DNA from: a virus
DNA: 64,000 nt
IMG/VR virus record: IMGVR_UViG_3300019776_000194
Location: 1 to 64,000 of that record
Direction: 5' to 3' (one strand)
Below the pieces are notes generated by a model that was not told the DNA's origin, did not search any database, and was given only the letters and a program-made list of their open reading frames with translations. Position 1 is the stretch's first letter. Every line of letters starts with the position of its first letter. Shown here in pieces: positions 28,859-40,500 of the stretch. The translations under genes and the position numbers were made by a program.

Positions 28859-29425
28859 TTATGGGTTCTTAGGAGGTAAGCTTCCCCCTCCGGTTGAAGG
28901 GTCTGGTTCAGGTATTGTGTAGAACACTTCCAACTCAATCTTGTCTAATGACATCTTTTGGGCTGTTGTGTTACCATTACGGAACAGAGCATACAAACCA
29001 AATGCATCGTCATTAACTTCTGCAGGAGTGATAGAAGTAGCACCCCACAAGTCAGCATCACCACCAACAACTTTAGTTACCAAGGAGTTCAATGTGAAAG
29101 CTGTCATACCCCGCCCAACTGCTCCTGTCACACCGCGCAGTTGTAGTCCACCACTATTACCATTTCCTGCACCTGCTGCCAAGAAGCCTGTGCTATATGT
29201 AAACTCATTCTTACCTTTGATACGGGCTACTACACCTACTACAGTCGCATCAAGAGGGATGTCAAAGCCAAAAGCACTCAACTTTAAATATGGTGCATTT
29301 GTGTTTTGTGCTGTAGTTTGTGAGACAGCTAACACACCGTCATCTGCCATAACATTAGCTAGGTTAGTCCAGCCAGCCAAAGAGCCTGCTGTAGATGTTG
29401 CGAGCTTTACTTGTGAATAAATCAT
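28859..29425 (-). CDS. putative tail-associated beta-sandwich protein (paralog of 29464..30018)
   Basis: Shares WTN..N, ATxxG, LWG, FG, RNGNTTxQ motifs with neighbour. Confidence 0.6.
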   Translation of the reverse strand: MIYSQVKLATSTAGSLAGWTNLANVMADDGVLAVSQTTAQNTNAPYLKLSAFGFDIPLDATVVGVVARIKGKNEFTYSTGFLAAGAGNGNSGGLQLRGVTGAVGRGMTAFTLNSLVTKVVGGDADLWGATSITPAEVNDDAFGLYALFRNGNTTAQKMSLDKIELEVFYTIPEPDPSTGGGSLPPKNP

Positions 29426-29463
29426 TAATTGTTTCCTTCATTGTTATATCTCTTGCGAGACGT

Positions 29464-30018
29464 TTAAAATTCATACATAAAAAATTGTTGTTGGGAGCCT
29501 GACACACCTGCAACTGTGTAATACACTGTTATTGATACGTATTTGAGTGAAAATGTTTGTGTTGTTGTATTCCCGTTCCTCATCTGGATATGTACACCAA
29601 AAGTCGAGTCATTTAAGTCTGCACCCGTTACCCCTGAGAGACCCCATAAAAATGTGCTTCCGTTGGTTGAAGGTATCGTCTTAGTTTGATCGGTAGTCCC
29701 TACAAAATTTGCTGACCCTGTATTTGATGACCCAGTGTACTGTGTACCGCCCTTCCTAAGAGTGCATTGGTAAGCAAAAAAACCCGTGCCACTTACACCG
29801 TTTTTACCTGTAATTGATATCTCAATACCATCAATAGTTGCGGAGGATGGTAAAGGGTTTGATCCAAATGGGTTAAACCCCCTCCAAGGTGTTGAAATAG
29901 TGTTCTGCGCCACACTTGCGGATACTGCGTAATCAGCATCGTTTGTAAGAGCATTATTAGGGTTAGTCCAACTAACTGTCCCAGTGGTGTTTGCAAAAGG
30001 TTGAGTGGAAGTGGTCAT
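29464..30018 (-). CDS. putative tail-associated beta-sandwich protein
   Basis: Follows fibre gene; paralogous to the next ORF. Confidence 0.6.
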   Translation of the reverse strand: MTTSTQPFANTTGTVSWTNPNNALTNDADYAVSASVAQNTISTPWRGFNPFGSNPLPSSATIDGIEISITGKNGVSGTGFFAYQCTLRKGGTQYTGSSNTGSANFVGTTDQTKTIPSTNGSTFLWGLSGVTGADLNDSTFGVHIQMRNGNTTTQTFSLKYVSITVYYTVAGVSGSQQQFFMYEF

Positions 30019-32456
30019 TTCTCATCCGTTCCAAATATATGATAATTAGTGCCATCATAGAAAGCATTAATCATAGCCCCTTTATTAGCAGTAGTAGTAG
30101 TGAATGGTGTTGAATACCACTTTACATTAGCTGGGTATGTTATAGTAAATGCACTGCTCGTACCATCGCTGAGAATAAGAATCTGCACCCTAGTATTAGC
30201 AGGAGGGGCTGTAAAGGTATAGGTAATATTGCCTGTCAACTCATTTTGAATCTTTAAGCTTCCTGTGGAGAAATCTAAAGTAATCGCACCAGTAGTAGTT
30301 GTGATCGTCTCAGGGGTATCCATCACAATGTTCTTCACACCGCTGATTGAATTACTTCCAAAGTTAGCATTAGTAGTAGTAATCACAGTACCACTTGTAG
30401 GAAACGTAACACTTGTAGTTCCTGTAAATGTGAACGTACTAGCGAAAGCACCAGAGTTAGTGTGATTACCACCCAATGTAAGAGTGCTGCTACCATTATT
30501 TACTCCAGTACCACCATACGTGCTTCCAATAATACCCGCATTCCAAGTGCCTGTAGTCACTGTGCCAAGAGTTGTGACACTAGCACTACCAGCAGCAGGA
30601 GCATACGATGCGGAAGCTGTGTAAGCTGCTGTACCTAATGTACCACCTGTACCAACATTCAATGTACTGCCATCTGTACCAGACAGTGTTAATGTATTGC
30701 TAGATGTAAATGTCTTTCCATCTGCTATTGTTAATGTGCTACCTGTTGCTGGGGATGTAATAGCCACCTTATTAACACTTGTAGCACTAGCCACACCGAG
30801 GACAGGGGTAGTCAATGTTGGAGTGTTACTTAGTACAACACTACCAGAGCCTGTAGAGGTTGTAACCCCCGTACCACCATTTGCTACAGCCACTGTACCA
30901 GTTACGTTAGCAGCAGTTCCTGTTGTGTTTTGGTTTAGAGTAGGAAAGTCTCCTGCCACAGCAATACTCAAAGCACCTGTAGTAGTTGTGCTCTTCAGAA
31001 TGCCCGTTGCTAAAGCTGATGTACCTGCGCTATAATCTGTACCAGAAGTAGCTGCACTGATTGCTGTACCATTACCTTTGACTAATCCATTAACTGTCGT
31101 AGATAGAGTAATAGCTGGAGTTGTTGTTGCTGTAGCTACAGAACCTGCAAATCCATTCGCACTAACAACAGAAGCACTTGTCACAGTACCGCCACTGCCC
31201 CCACCTCCTGTAATTGTCACAGTGACAGCACCACCTGTATTAGAAGCTGAAACACCAGCTCCTACAAAGTCTAAGCTTGTCAAGCTACTTGTTAATGTTG
31301 TGCCTTCATCTTTAACAGTGATAGCACTACCACCTGCTGCAGGACTACTAACCCATGTTGTTCCATTGCTTGTAAGAACATTGCCAGATGTACTAGGAGC
31401 TACCAATGTGGGAGAGCTTGTACCATTACCAACCAATACACTACCAGAAGTTAATGTGGTCAGTCCAGTGCCACCTTGAGCTACTGTTACCGCTGCTGCT
31501 GTAGAGAGTAGAGTTCCACTTGTAGGGAATGTGACACTTGTAATTCCTGTGAATGTGAACGTAGAAGTGAATGCACCAGACAACACATGACTACCAGCCA
31601 TTGTCAATGTACTAGAGCCATTATTAACTCCTGTACCTCCATTAGCACTAGCAACTACACCTGTAACATTCCCCGCTGTTGTAGCTGTGGAAGCATTCCC
31701 TGTCAAAGCTCCTACGAACGTAGTAGATGTTACAGAGGACAGTCCTGCAAATGTTGTCACTGTAGAGCCAAGCGAAATACTTGTACTACCGATTGTGACA
31801 GAGCTATTTGTTAAGGCTCCATTAGGAATACTTGTAAGGGAAGCACCACTACCAGCAAATCCTGTCGCTGTCAATATACCTGTACTTGGAATGAATGAAA
31901 GCTTTGTGCTAGATGTCTTAACTCCGTTGTTACCGCTGTTAGCACTAGACCATAAGGGATATACAGGGGTTGCTGTAGCTACATCATTTGTAGTTGTGGC
32001 TGTTGTAGCAATGGCTGCTGTACCAGTGGTGTTCTGATTAAGGGTTGGTACATCTGCAGCTTGAATAGCTGACATAACAACATTAGTGCCATTCCCTCGT
32101 AAGTAAGAACCTGTCGTAACAGCAGCAGCTAAAGCATTCATTGCGGCTTGTTGTGTAGTCTGTCCTGTACCACCTTTGTCAAATCCTACAGTTCCTGTGA
32201 GATTAGTAACAGTAATATCAGATATACTGGCCTTACCATTGAATGTATTCCAATTGGTACTAGTTAAATAACCATTGACAGATGTAGTTGCAGCAGGCAT
32301 ACTAATCACTGGAGTAGTGCCACCAGAGGATACTACAGGAGATGTAGCTGTTACAGAAGTAACTGCACTGCCTCCTCCACCAATCTCATCTACTGTAAGG
32401 TTGAGCTTATCAATGTAGTCTTGTTGTCCTGCATAAAATCTTGTTGATGTTGGCAT
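30015..32456 (-). CDS. putative tail fibre (Thr/Ser/Gly-rich, repetitive)
   Basis: Repeated GGTG, PTLNQNTTGTAA x2, GGTGVNNGSSTLT x2; position in tail module. Confidence 0.7.
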   Translation of the reverse strand: MPTSTRFYAGQQDYIDKLNLTVDEIGGGGSAVTSVTATSPVVSSGGTTPVISMPAATTSVNGYLTSTNWNTFNGKASISDITVTNLTGTVGFDKGGTGQTTQQAAMNALAAAVTTGSYLRGNGTNVVMSAIQAADVPTLNQNTTGTAAIATTATTTNDVATATPVYPLWSSANSGNNGVKTSSTKLSFIPSTGILTATGFAGSGASLTSIPNGALTNSSVTIGSTSISLGSTVTTFAGLSSVTSTTFVGALTGNASTATTAGNVTGVVASANGGTGVNNGSSTLTMAGSHVLSGAFTSTFTFTGITSVTFPTSGTLLSTAAAVTVAQGGTGLTTLTSGSVLVGNGTSSPTLVAPSTSGNVLTSNGTTWVSSPAAGGSAITVKDEGTTLTSSLTSLDFVGAGVSASNTGGAVTVTITGGGGSGGTVTSASVVSANGFAGSVATATTTPAITLSTTVNGLVKGNGTAISAATSGTDYSAGTSALATGILKSTTTTGALSIAVAGDFPTLNQNTTGTAANVTGTVAVANGGTGVTTSTGSGSVVLSNTPTLTTPVLGVASATSVNKVAITSPATGSTLTIADGKTFTSSNTLTLSGTDGSTLNVGTGGTLGTAAYTASASYAPAAGSASVTTLGTVTTGTWNAGIIGSTYGGTGVNNGSSTLTLGGNHTNSGAFASTFTFTGTTSVTFPTSGTVITTTNANFGSNSISGVKNIVMDTPETITTTTGAITLDFSTGSLKIQNELTGNITYTFTAPPANTRVQILILSDGTSSAFTITYPANVKWYSTPFTTTTANKGAMINAFYDGTNYHIFGTDEK

Positions 32457-33289
32457 TAAGCCTCCTCTATTTCAATTGTTGTGCTGTACAAATTCCAATT
32501 AGGAAGGGTCAATGCTGGTTGACTTGCAAGCTTTCCATAAATCTGATATGCTTGTTCAGCAGAGCTGTCACTATCTTGTGGGAATAAGCTTAAGAATATT
32601 GGTCTTGACATGCCGTTACCACGTAAGACATTCATCATTGAGTTTCTATCTGATGGAGTCATAACAGGGAGTGTCAATTGAAGCTTCTTGTTCAATGTGC
32701 CAATATCTGAGACTAAATCACTAGCATCATTGCGAGTGCTTGTAGTGGTTTCTATAGGCTGCCACACAGGAGATAGTTCAGCATCATTCTCAGGACTCCA
32801 ATAAGCTCCCATCACAAGACGAGAAGCTTCTATATATCCTGCAGCATTAGATGTATCTAAGATGATGATTTCAACCTTCTTCACAGACTGTGTTGCAAAC
32901 CAAACAACTCCGTATGAAGCCCCCCCATAACTATATGAATTAACTCCAAGAGGAACATTACCCCAATCCCACATACCGAGGGGTGTTGGAGCTGCTGCTA
33001 GAACAGCTCCTGTATCTAAAACAGCACTAACATCACCAGAGTTTGTGTAACACTTGACTTGGATTGTGGCAGAGGGTGTAAAGTTGCAGAAAGGGAAAGC
33101 AACCATAGACACCATTTCACTGCTGGAAAAGATAACAGTAATTGTTGCAGATGTTCCTGTTGCTCTCCATGTATCAGCTTTACTATCAGTCAACAAGTTA
33201 CTTGCAACTAAAGTTCCTGCTGTGCTAGAGGCTGTCAATATACCTCTATTAGCAGCATTATTATATACTACTCGTAACTTATTGCTCAT
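32456..33289 (-). CDS. minor tail protein
   Basis: Tail module position and beta-rich composition. Confidence 0.6.
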   Translation of the reverse strand: MSNKLRVVYNNAANRGILTASSTAGTLVASNLLTDSKADTWRATGTSATITVIFSSSEMVSMVAFPFCNFTPSATIQVKCYTNSGDVSAVLDTGAVLAAAPTPLGMWDWGNVPLGVNSYSYGGASYGVVWFATQSVKKVEIIILDTSNAAGYIEASRLVMGAYWSPENDAELSPVWQPIETTTSTRNDASDLVSDIGTLNKKLQLTLPVMTPSDRNSMMNVLRGNGMSRPIFLSLFPQDSDSSAEQAYQIYGKLASQPALTLPNWNLYSTTIEIEEA

Positions 33290-33313
33290 AATACTCCTTC
33301 TTATTTTCGTATG

Positions 33314-33342
33314 ATTATATCATGTTTATAGTGAAATGTCAA
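33314..33342 (-). promoter_or_regulatory. consensus sigma70 promoter
   Basis: Minus strand TTGACA-17-TATAAT. Confidence 0.8.
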
Positions 33343-33348
33343 TCTAAA

Positions 33349-36042
33349 TTAGCCTATAGCTGTCCATCTAAATCCTACAGTTGCTGCTGCTGCTCCCGTG
33401 CTAGATGTCTGTGATTGTACAACTACGTCATAGTTACTACCACCTGTGTTTGTTACAGATGTAACAGTGATAATCTTTCCTGATGTAGCGCAAGCACTAA
33501 ACCCAAAGTTAGAGTTAGGCATAGTTACAGAGATTGTTGCATTACCACTACCATCTGTTGTAGCAGCTCCACCAGCTAATGTCTTACCCCATGTTGGTGT
33601 AGAAGAACTACCTGCACTTGTGAGAACTTGTCCAGTTGTTCCTGTACTACCATTTAGGTTAAAAGGAATAGCAGAACCTGTTTCAAACTTACCTGTGAAT
33701 AATTTTAGAGCATACGTAGAAGATGGAGCTGATAGTCCTAATGCACCGCCTGCAGAAGAAGTAAAACCAACTAGTTCAGTACCTGTGAAGCTTGCTGTAT
33801 TAGTCACAGAGAACGCCTGAGTTGCTGCAGAGCTGCTGTCATAGACTGCAAATGCAGGTTGAAGTCCACCTCCTGTCGAAGTTCTCTCAACAATAGCTAC
33901 TCTATCATTAGTCGAATTACCTATGGTCATACTACCAACGTTTGAACTAATTACTAGAGTTGTACCGTTGTACAAAAATTTAGTACTAGCATTACCAATC
34001 GAGAACTTATAAGAGCCTCCGTCATATCCAAGCCAAAAACCTGTGCCTGTGTTATATGCTGTTTGTCCACCTTTTACGTAACCTGCTGAGTCTACTTCCA
34101 GTCCTCCTGTATAGACTACTAACGTTGAAAGACTTCCAACCTTGAGGTTACTCAGATAAGGAACAACCCACACTGTCTGATTTAATGTAGAATCAAATAG
34201 TGCCGTGGATTGAAACTGTGATTCACCTGTAGCCAGAGTAAACGGAGTTGTCTGCCAGTTAGCAAGCTGTGTTCCCCAATATCCGTTAGTGGGGAGATTG
34301 TCACCACTTACTGTAAGGGATGAATTAGGACTAGGAACAAATCCATTACTCACTTTTACGTAAGCAATTCTCGCCTGAGCACCTGTGGCTCCTGTTGTGC
34401 CTGTGCTACCTGTATTACTCTTAGACAAAGAGAAAATCTTATCCACTGTAAACACAGTACCAAAAGCATTTGTGTATGTTGCTCTGTATGTTACATTAGA
34501 GTTAGTAACACTGCTCATACCACTTGTCACACTATACTGACCTGCACTTGCACCACTTCCTACGATAGTTGTAGATAAACTGTCAGGATTAGCTTGAACA
34601 GAAAACGTACAAGATGTTGTAACATTAGCACTGCCATAATAGACGATAAAACTACCTGTTGCACTTGAGTAACTAGAAACAACGCCTGCAGAACTAGCAG
34701 GAACTGTCACACTATCGTTTGTCAGAATACCTGATAAACTGTCAACACCCTCTCTTACTTTAATCACAGTGATTGTGTCTGCATATGTATTTGTGTTGTC
34801 AGCAACACGAATTGTTGCAGTATCTGTAGTAAGGTTAGCATATGTCAATGTAGCGTTATTACCTGCCACAGATGTAAGAGTTGCTGTACCACTTGTGACA
34901 GTGTAGTTTGCACCTGTAACATTATTAGGTTTAGCAGTGAACGTAATACTACTTGGTGTTACTGTATTGCTCTTACTAATCTGAAACACTTGACTACTTG
35001 CAGACATTGACATTAGCAATGCATTTGAACCGTTCGTTCCATTAGTGCCATTGGTTCCAGCGTTAGACTTAGCAATAGTAAATGTTTTATCTATCGTATA
35101 TGTATTACCTAGAGGACTTGTGTAAGATGCTCTGTAAGTAACTGTAACCACAGGAGTGCCATTAGGAATACCTGCTGTGACAGAATACACACCTGTCGTT
35201 GAGCCAATTGTTGTTGTGACAGCACTGGCATTCGTCTGAACAGAGAACGTACAAGAAGTTGTTACGTCTGCAGCACCATAATACACTTTAAATGTGCCAC
35301 TAGCTCCTGTGTAACTTGACACAACACCAGTGTCAGATGCTGGAAGAGTGTGAGCCTCATTGGTTAGATAACCAACAACAGCATCAATACCTTCTCTTAC
35401 CTTAACAACAGTGATGCTATCTGATATACCACTACCACCACTGTCAAGTGCTCTCACTGTCACTGTGTCAGATGTCATGTTAGCAAATGTTAGTGTGGCA
35501 CTATCTCCCGCAACTGATGTGAGTGTGCCTGTACCAGAAGTGATAGACCACGTTGGATTGATTGGTAGATTCTCACGTTGAGCTGTGAATGTGACACTAG
35601 AAGGACTATTCACACCAGCTTTGCTTATCTGGAACAACTGAGATGAAGCTGTCACAACAATACTCTTTGTGGTTGGAACAGCAGTGACACCAGCATAAAT
35701 AGCTGCTTTAGCTGTAGCCACATCTGTAAACTTTTGACGGAATGTAACACCACCATTACTACCTGCTGAGAGAACAGTAATGTTAGTGAGATTATTCCAA
35801 GCTACAGGTGTTGTCAGTGTCGCTAGATATGTGGTAAGTGCTGTGACAGCATTATCATATGTTGTTTTCTGTGTTGTCAATCCCCACTTAGTTGCTTCAG
35901 CATCAACAGATGCTTGCTCTGAAATGATATTAGCGTATGCTGTAATCCAACTAGGTTTTTCTTCAATTGACAATATGTTGTCAGAGATGAGCCGTGTTGA
36001 GGCTTGAAGAAGTACATCTCTTGCATTTACAATTGTAGCCAT
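33349..36042 (-). CDS. tail tip/fibre protein with tandem ~216-aa duplication
   Basis: Tail module position; two ASSQxFQISK...DKxFxxxKSNxG units. Confidence 0.7.
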   Translation of the reverse strand: MATIVNARDVLLQASTRLISDNILSIEEKPSWITAYANIISEQASVDAEATKWGLTTQKTTYDNAVTALTTYLATLTTPVAWNNLTNITVLSAGSNGGVTFRQKFTDVATAKAAIYAGVTAVPTTKSIVVTASSQLFQISKAGVNSPSSVTFTAQRENLPINPTWSITSGTGTLTSVAGDSATLTFANMTSDTVTVRALDSGGSGISDSITVVKVREGIDAVVGYLTNEAHTLPASDTGVVSSYTGASGTFKVYYGAADVTTSCTFSVQTNASAVTTTIGSTTGVYSVTAGIPNGTPVVTVTYRASYTSPLGNTYTIDKTFTIAKSNAGTNGTNGTNGSNALLMSMSASSQVFQISKSNTVTPSSITFTAKPNNVTGANYTVTSGTATLTSVAGNNATLTYANLTTDTATIRVADNTNTYADTITVIKVREGVDSLSGILTNDSVTVPASSAGVVSSYSSATGSFIVYYGSANVTTSCTFSVQANPDSLSTTIVGSGASAGQYSVTSGMSSVTNSNVTYRATYTNAFGTVFTVDKIFSLSKSNTGSTGTTGATGAQARIAYVKVSNGFVPSPNSSLTVSGDNLPTNGYWGTQLANWQTTPFTLATGESQFQSTALFDSTLNQTVWVVPYLSNLKVGSLSTLVVYTGGLEVDSAGYVKGGQTAYNTGTGFWLGYDGGSYKFSIGNASTKFLYNGTTLVISSNVGSMTIGNSTNDRVAIVERTSTGGGLQPAFAVYDSSSAATQAFSVTNTASFTGTELVGFTSSAGGALGLSAPSSTYALKLFTGKFETGSAIPFNLNGSTGTTGQVLTSAGSSSTPTWGKTLAGGAATTDGSGNATISVTMPNSNFGFSACATSGKIITVTSVTNTGGSNYDVVVQSQTSSTGAAAATVGFRWTAIG

Positions 36043-37517
36043 TAAATCATAACCTTTACATTAACTCTCACTTCATTTCCCCACTGAGGCTCTAACCCTA
36101 CAATCACACCAAGCTTGCCTGCACTCAAACCAAATCGACTATGTTTCAATGTGACAGCTTGACCAAGTGTAAGCTCTAGGCTCTTTGCAAAACCTACAAA
36201 TTCATACACAGTTCTCTGCGTCTTCACAACACCCAACAAGCGAGTAGCCTCTGCTGTAGCGTCTGCTGCTGTTAGTAGTAGAGTATCTTTCTGAGTAGGT
36301 TCTGTCTGTAATTTATATTTTGTGTTGACAGCACTATCAGTTGATTTGACAGTGAGCCATTCCCTAGCATACAATTCCTTGTGTTCGTCTGGAATGATTG
36401 TGTCTAAGTTGTCTTGAACTGTGTAATTCTTACAATAACCGATTTGCACTGTCGATTGTACAGGTTCTCTACTAGACACTTTCAAACTTCTCTCAACCAT
36501 GTCAGAAGCTGTGATAAGCTTAGGAGTGCCACTAGGAGGAAAGTCAATCCGTAAGAGCTGTAAAAGCCCTGTACGAGACATTGTAATCTGAGCACCAACA
36601 GAGTTAGCTAATTGCTGACATACTTCTAGGACATTAGCTTTGTTGTCTAAGTAAATACCAACAGGCGCTGTGTTAGCTGCTGCAAATGCTGTGAAGTTAG
36701 CTGAGTCAATATCAGCATCTACTAAACGCTTATCAGCTTGCCCCCAATTCTTGACAATGTTTTTAATAATGTCAGTAATTTGATTAGAATATGTTGAAGG
36801 CTTACTTCCTTGAATAGAAGCTGTGATGTTTCCTTTCGGACTGGCTGTAAGACGAACAACACCTGTACCGAGAGTGGGAGTCACTGTGATAGGAACTCCT
36901 TCATCTTTAAACTCAATTACACTTTCAATAGCCCCGTTATGAACTTTGTAATCGTGCAATGTCGCATCAATAAGCAATGGTGTGATATTATGTACTTCAC
37001 CAAAAACTAACGGAAGAAGCTTATCTTTGTTGACAGAACTACCTCCAAGTTTAGCATCTGTAATAGGTGTGTTCAAACGTTGCAAGCTATCACGAATAAA
37101 GAGAGTTATTTCATTTCTGCTTTGACTCCCTATTCCTGAAATCATTCCTTTGACAATCAATCTGAAATCACTTCTATCCCACTTCATATCACCAAAGTAG
37201 ATTGAAATGTCTCTGCTTTCCCAGACATCATCAAGCCAGCCATCCAACTCGCCATTAGCATTTGTAATAGTCACATCACCTACAGAGATTGTAGGTTCTG
37301 AGTCGATAGATAAACTCTCTGTGAGCTTAACACCTCCTGCAATAACACTCCTATAAGAAGTGTTAGCAGGAGTAGCTGAAGGGCTGGTGACATATCCACG
37401 ATTAGACATATATCTAATAGTTTCTGTGCCACCAACGTTTGCTGTTGCTTCAACTAGAATACACCTCATCGCGGAGGGTGTTGAAAGCCATGTTGTGTAT
37501 TCTGCGTCTGAAATCAT
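36042..37517 (-). CDS. tail tip/hub protein
   Basis: Directly after tape measure; LPLVFGEVHNITP. Confidence 0.65.
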   Translation of the reverse strand: MISDAEYTTWLSTPSAMRCILVEATANVGGTETIRYMSNRGYVTSPSATPANTSYRSVIAGGVKLTESLSIDSEPTISVGDVTITNANGELDGWLDDVWESRDISIYFGDMKWDRSDFRLIVKGMISGIGSQSRNEITLFIRDSLQRLNTPITDAKLGGSSVNKDKLLPLVFGEVHNITPLLIDATLHDYKVHNGAIESVIEFKDEGVPITVTPTLGTGVVRLTASPKGNITASIQGSKPSTYSNQITDIIKNIVKNWGQADKRLVDADIDSANFTAFAAANTAPVGIYLDNKANVLEVCQQLANSVGAQITMSRTGLLQLLRIDFPPSGTPKLITASDMVERSLKVSSREPVQSTVQIGYCKNYTVQDNLDTIIPDEHKELYAREWLTVKSTDSAVNTKYKLQTEPTQKDTLLLTAADATAEATRLLGVVKTQRTVYEFVGFAKSLELTLGQAVTLKHSRFGLSAGKLGVIVGLEPQWGNEVRVNVKVMI

Positions 37518-40500
37518 TCCATTGTCACCTTATTCCAATTTGGGTTATTTTTATCTAAGCCCTCTTGAGTACCTTCTACAATTGTTTCAGCATTAGTTCT
37601 GCTAGTCTCAATCAAGGTATTCATTAAAGCCACTGTTTGTGCTTGTGCATCTTGACGCATCATTGCAATCTCGTTCTTCAAATCTTCCACTTGTAGCTTG
37701 TACTCGTTAGAAGCTGTAGTAGTAGCTGCAGGAGGTGGAGCCATCGAAGCTGCTTTGGCATTCACTTTCTCTACAGAGTCTTGGAAGGATTTGAGAACAT
37801 ATTCTCTTCCATAGATTTCAAACTCACGAGTCCAATATGCCATACCTTCAGCATCAATTTGATTGCCAGTTTTATTAGCAAACTTACTGTACAATGCTGT
37901 GACATAATCTGCACCAGAAGCTCGTCCAAATGTACCGGACAATGCTGCTGCTAATTCAGCAGGAAGTCCTGCTACATCTACAGCAATACCATCAAACACA
38001 CCCATCTTAGTGTACAAATTATTCAACACTGTGAGCTGGCTACTCATTGTGTTAACAGTAGTTGTGTAATAACTTTCCGCTACAGACTCAATAGTGTTCA
38101 TCTGAATAACGAGCTTGATGAGTTCTTGCTTCTGAGCTTCATTGATTGCTACAAGCTTTTCTTCGGCTGAACGACTATCAATGTTCATCGCATCTAGAGA
38201 ATTTGTAATGCTGTTGAAGATTGCTTGATATGCATCACTAGAAGCGTAAGCTGTTCTAGCCAGTTCTAGGTATGTGTTAGCACTACCTGTCAATGCACCT
38301 TGAGCTATTGTATCACCTGCCTGAGCTTTTGTCAATGTTGCTTCATACTGCTTACGTGCTTCTGCAAGCTTCTGTGTCATTGTTAAAGGAGACAAGCTAC
38401 CAAGTTTTAAGCCATCAACATAAGTACGTAATTGTTTCGTAAAGTCAATCATCTTAGTGATAGAATCACGTTCAATTTGGTACTTAGAAATGATACTATC
38501 CTTCAACTCACCAGCAATACTCAATTTCTGTTCAACAGTGATGTCACTAGCCATCATCTTCCATAGCTTCTCTGACTTCTTAACAGCAGCTTCACGAGTA
38601 GCTTCACTACCCCAAAGAACTGTATTGATTTGAGCACGAATGTCACTAGCTTGCTTACTAACACTCAACCACTTCTGAGCTGTCTGAGACAAGTCATTGA
38701 TTGTCTCTTTCAAGTTATCTCTTAGAGTAGTCCAATCAGGGAACATTTGGTCAGTGTTTGTGTAGTCCATCTTTTCTACTACTGCTGTCGTAGCTTCTGC
38801 AGCTTTTTCAGCCCATTGCACCACTTCAGCAAATGCACTAGAAACTTTCATCAAGCCAACAAACAATTCATTGTTACCAGCCTTTTGAGCTGTTTCAACC
38901 ATAGCTCTGAAAGCCTCTCTAGATGTAGGCATTTCTTTACCTAAATCCTTCATAGCTTTTGCCACAGCATCGACTTTGACTTTAGTTTTCTCTTCTTCTT
39001 TGTAGAAGTTTTCATAGTAACTACCTGCTGTTGCTTGGAATTTATCTAGTCCACCAAACAACGTTACAATAGCGTCAGAAGCTTTGATACCTGCTGTGTT
39101 TAAGTCAAATAGAGTATACCCTAAAGCTTTAAACATACCATTCGTAACTGTGATGTTTGTGGCAAGTCTTCCCATTGTGGCAGCAGAAGATTCGTTTTGT
39201 AACGCTAGTTCTTTCAAATTACCTAACAAGTCTTTTGCAATCGAGTTGGTAATCTCTTCAAATGCTTTAGCTACATTTGCAGATGTTTCTTCTGCTGTTT
39301 TACCAAATGTGAAGTTAATAGCATCTGTACGAGACTTAATACTATCTGCATTCATTCCGAGAGCTTTAGCATATTCACTGGTAGTTACCTTGATAGCAGT
39401 GTACATGGAGTTAAGCTGATTTAGCAAAGCTTTGTCAGCCTCTAAATTAGGATTATCTACGTATGATTTACCATCAGATGTAGTTGCTGTACTATTGCTC
39501 AACAGATATTTCCAAGTGTCGGCTCTATCACTTCTCAGTAAACCACCTTCTTGAGTCCAAGCTTGGTTTCTAGTCAAATTATTAGTGCCTAGATTACCTG
39601 TCACAGTTTGTGGAGCAAACTTCTTATCTTCCATACCAATCAATCTTGGCAATACTCCTAGCAGCGCACCAGCATCTGCAGACAGTCCACCAATTCGGAA
39701 TCCTCCATTAATAGCCTTAACACCTTGGAATGCTGCAACAGCCGCTGCAACGTAAGGAGCCATAGAAGCTACAGATGCCCCCATTGAACCTGCTGCTGTA
39801 AGACCTGTAGTAGCACCAGCTCCTATTGTGCTTCCTGTGAGGGCTGCTGTTTCTGCTGCCATTGCTGCAGCAGATGAGCTTAACCCGATTGCTTCACCAA
39901 AAGCACTTGTTGCAAATGATGTGAAGGCTTCTGCTGAAGCTGCAGATGCTGCTGCAAAACCAGTGGTAATAGAGTTATAAAGCGTAGAACCAAGCTGTGC
40001 TATATTACCAATACCGCCTTGAGCACTTGCTGCATTAGGTGATATGATACTTGCTCCGAAGTTAGAAATAGGGTTGATGATTGGACTCAGTACTAGACGA
40101 GCAAACCAAGACTTGATATCTTGAATTAGTTTCTTGACAGCACTCTCACCACTTTTACCAATTGCATTGTACAATCCGTCAGCAATTTTCTTATTAGCAG
40201 CTTGATAGTCTGATTCATATTTATCAGCTAAGTCTTTTAAATTTTTCCTAGCACCTAATTCATCCCTAGCCTCTGATTCTCTTTTTAAATTATCTACAAT
40301 TTTTTGTTGTTGTGTTAGAAGTTCATCATTCAGACCTCTTTGAGCCATATCAGTTAGTTTGTTCTCTTCCTTGACCATCTTCAATCTAAACAACTCACCT
40401 TCGGTCTTACCGTATGCTTCAAGTAACATCTCTTGCTGTTCGGCAGATTTCCCTGTGGCATCAGCTTCCTTAGTTAGAGCATCTAAGTTCTCTTGAAAGT

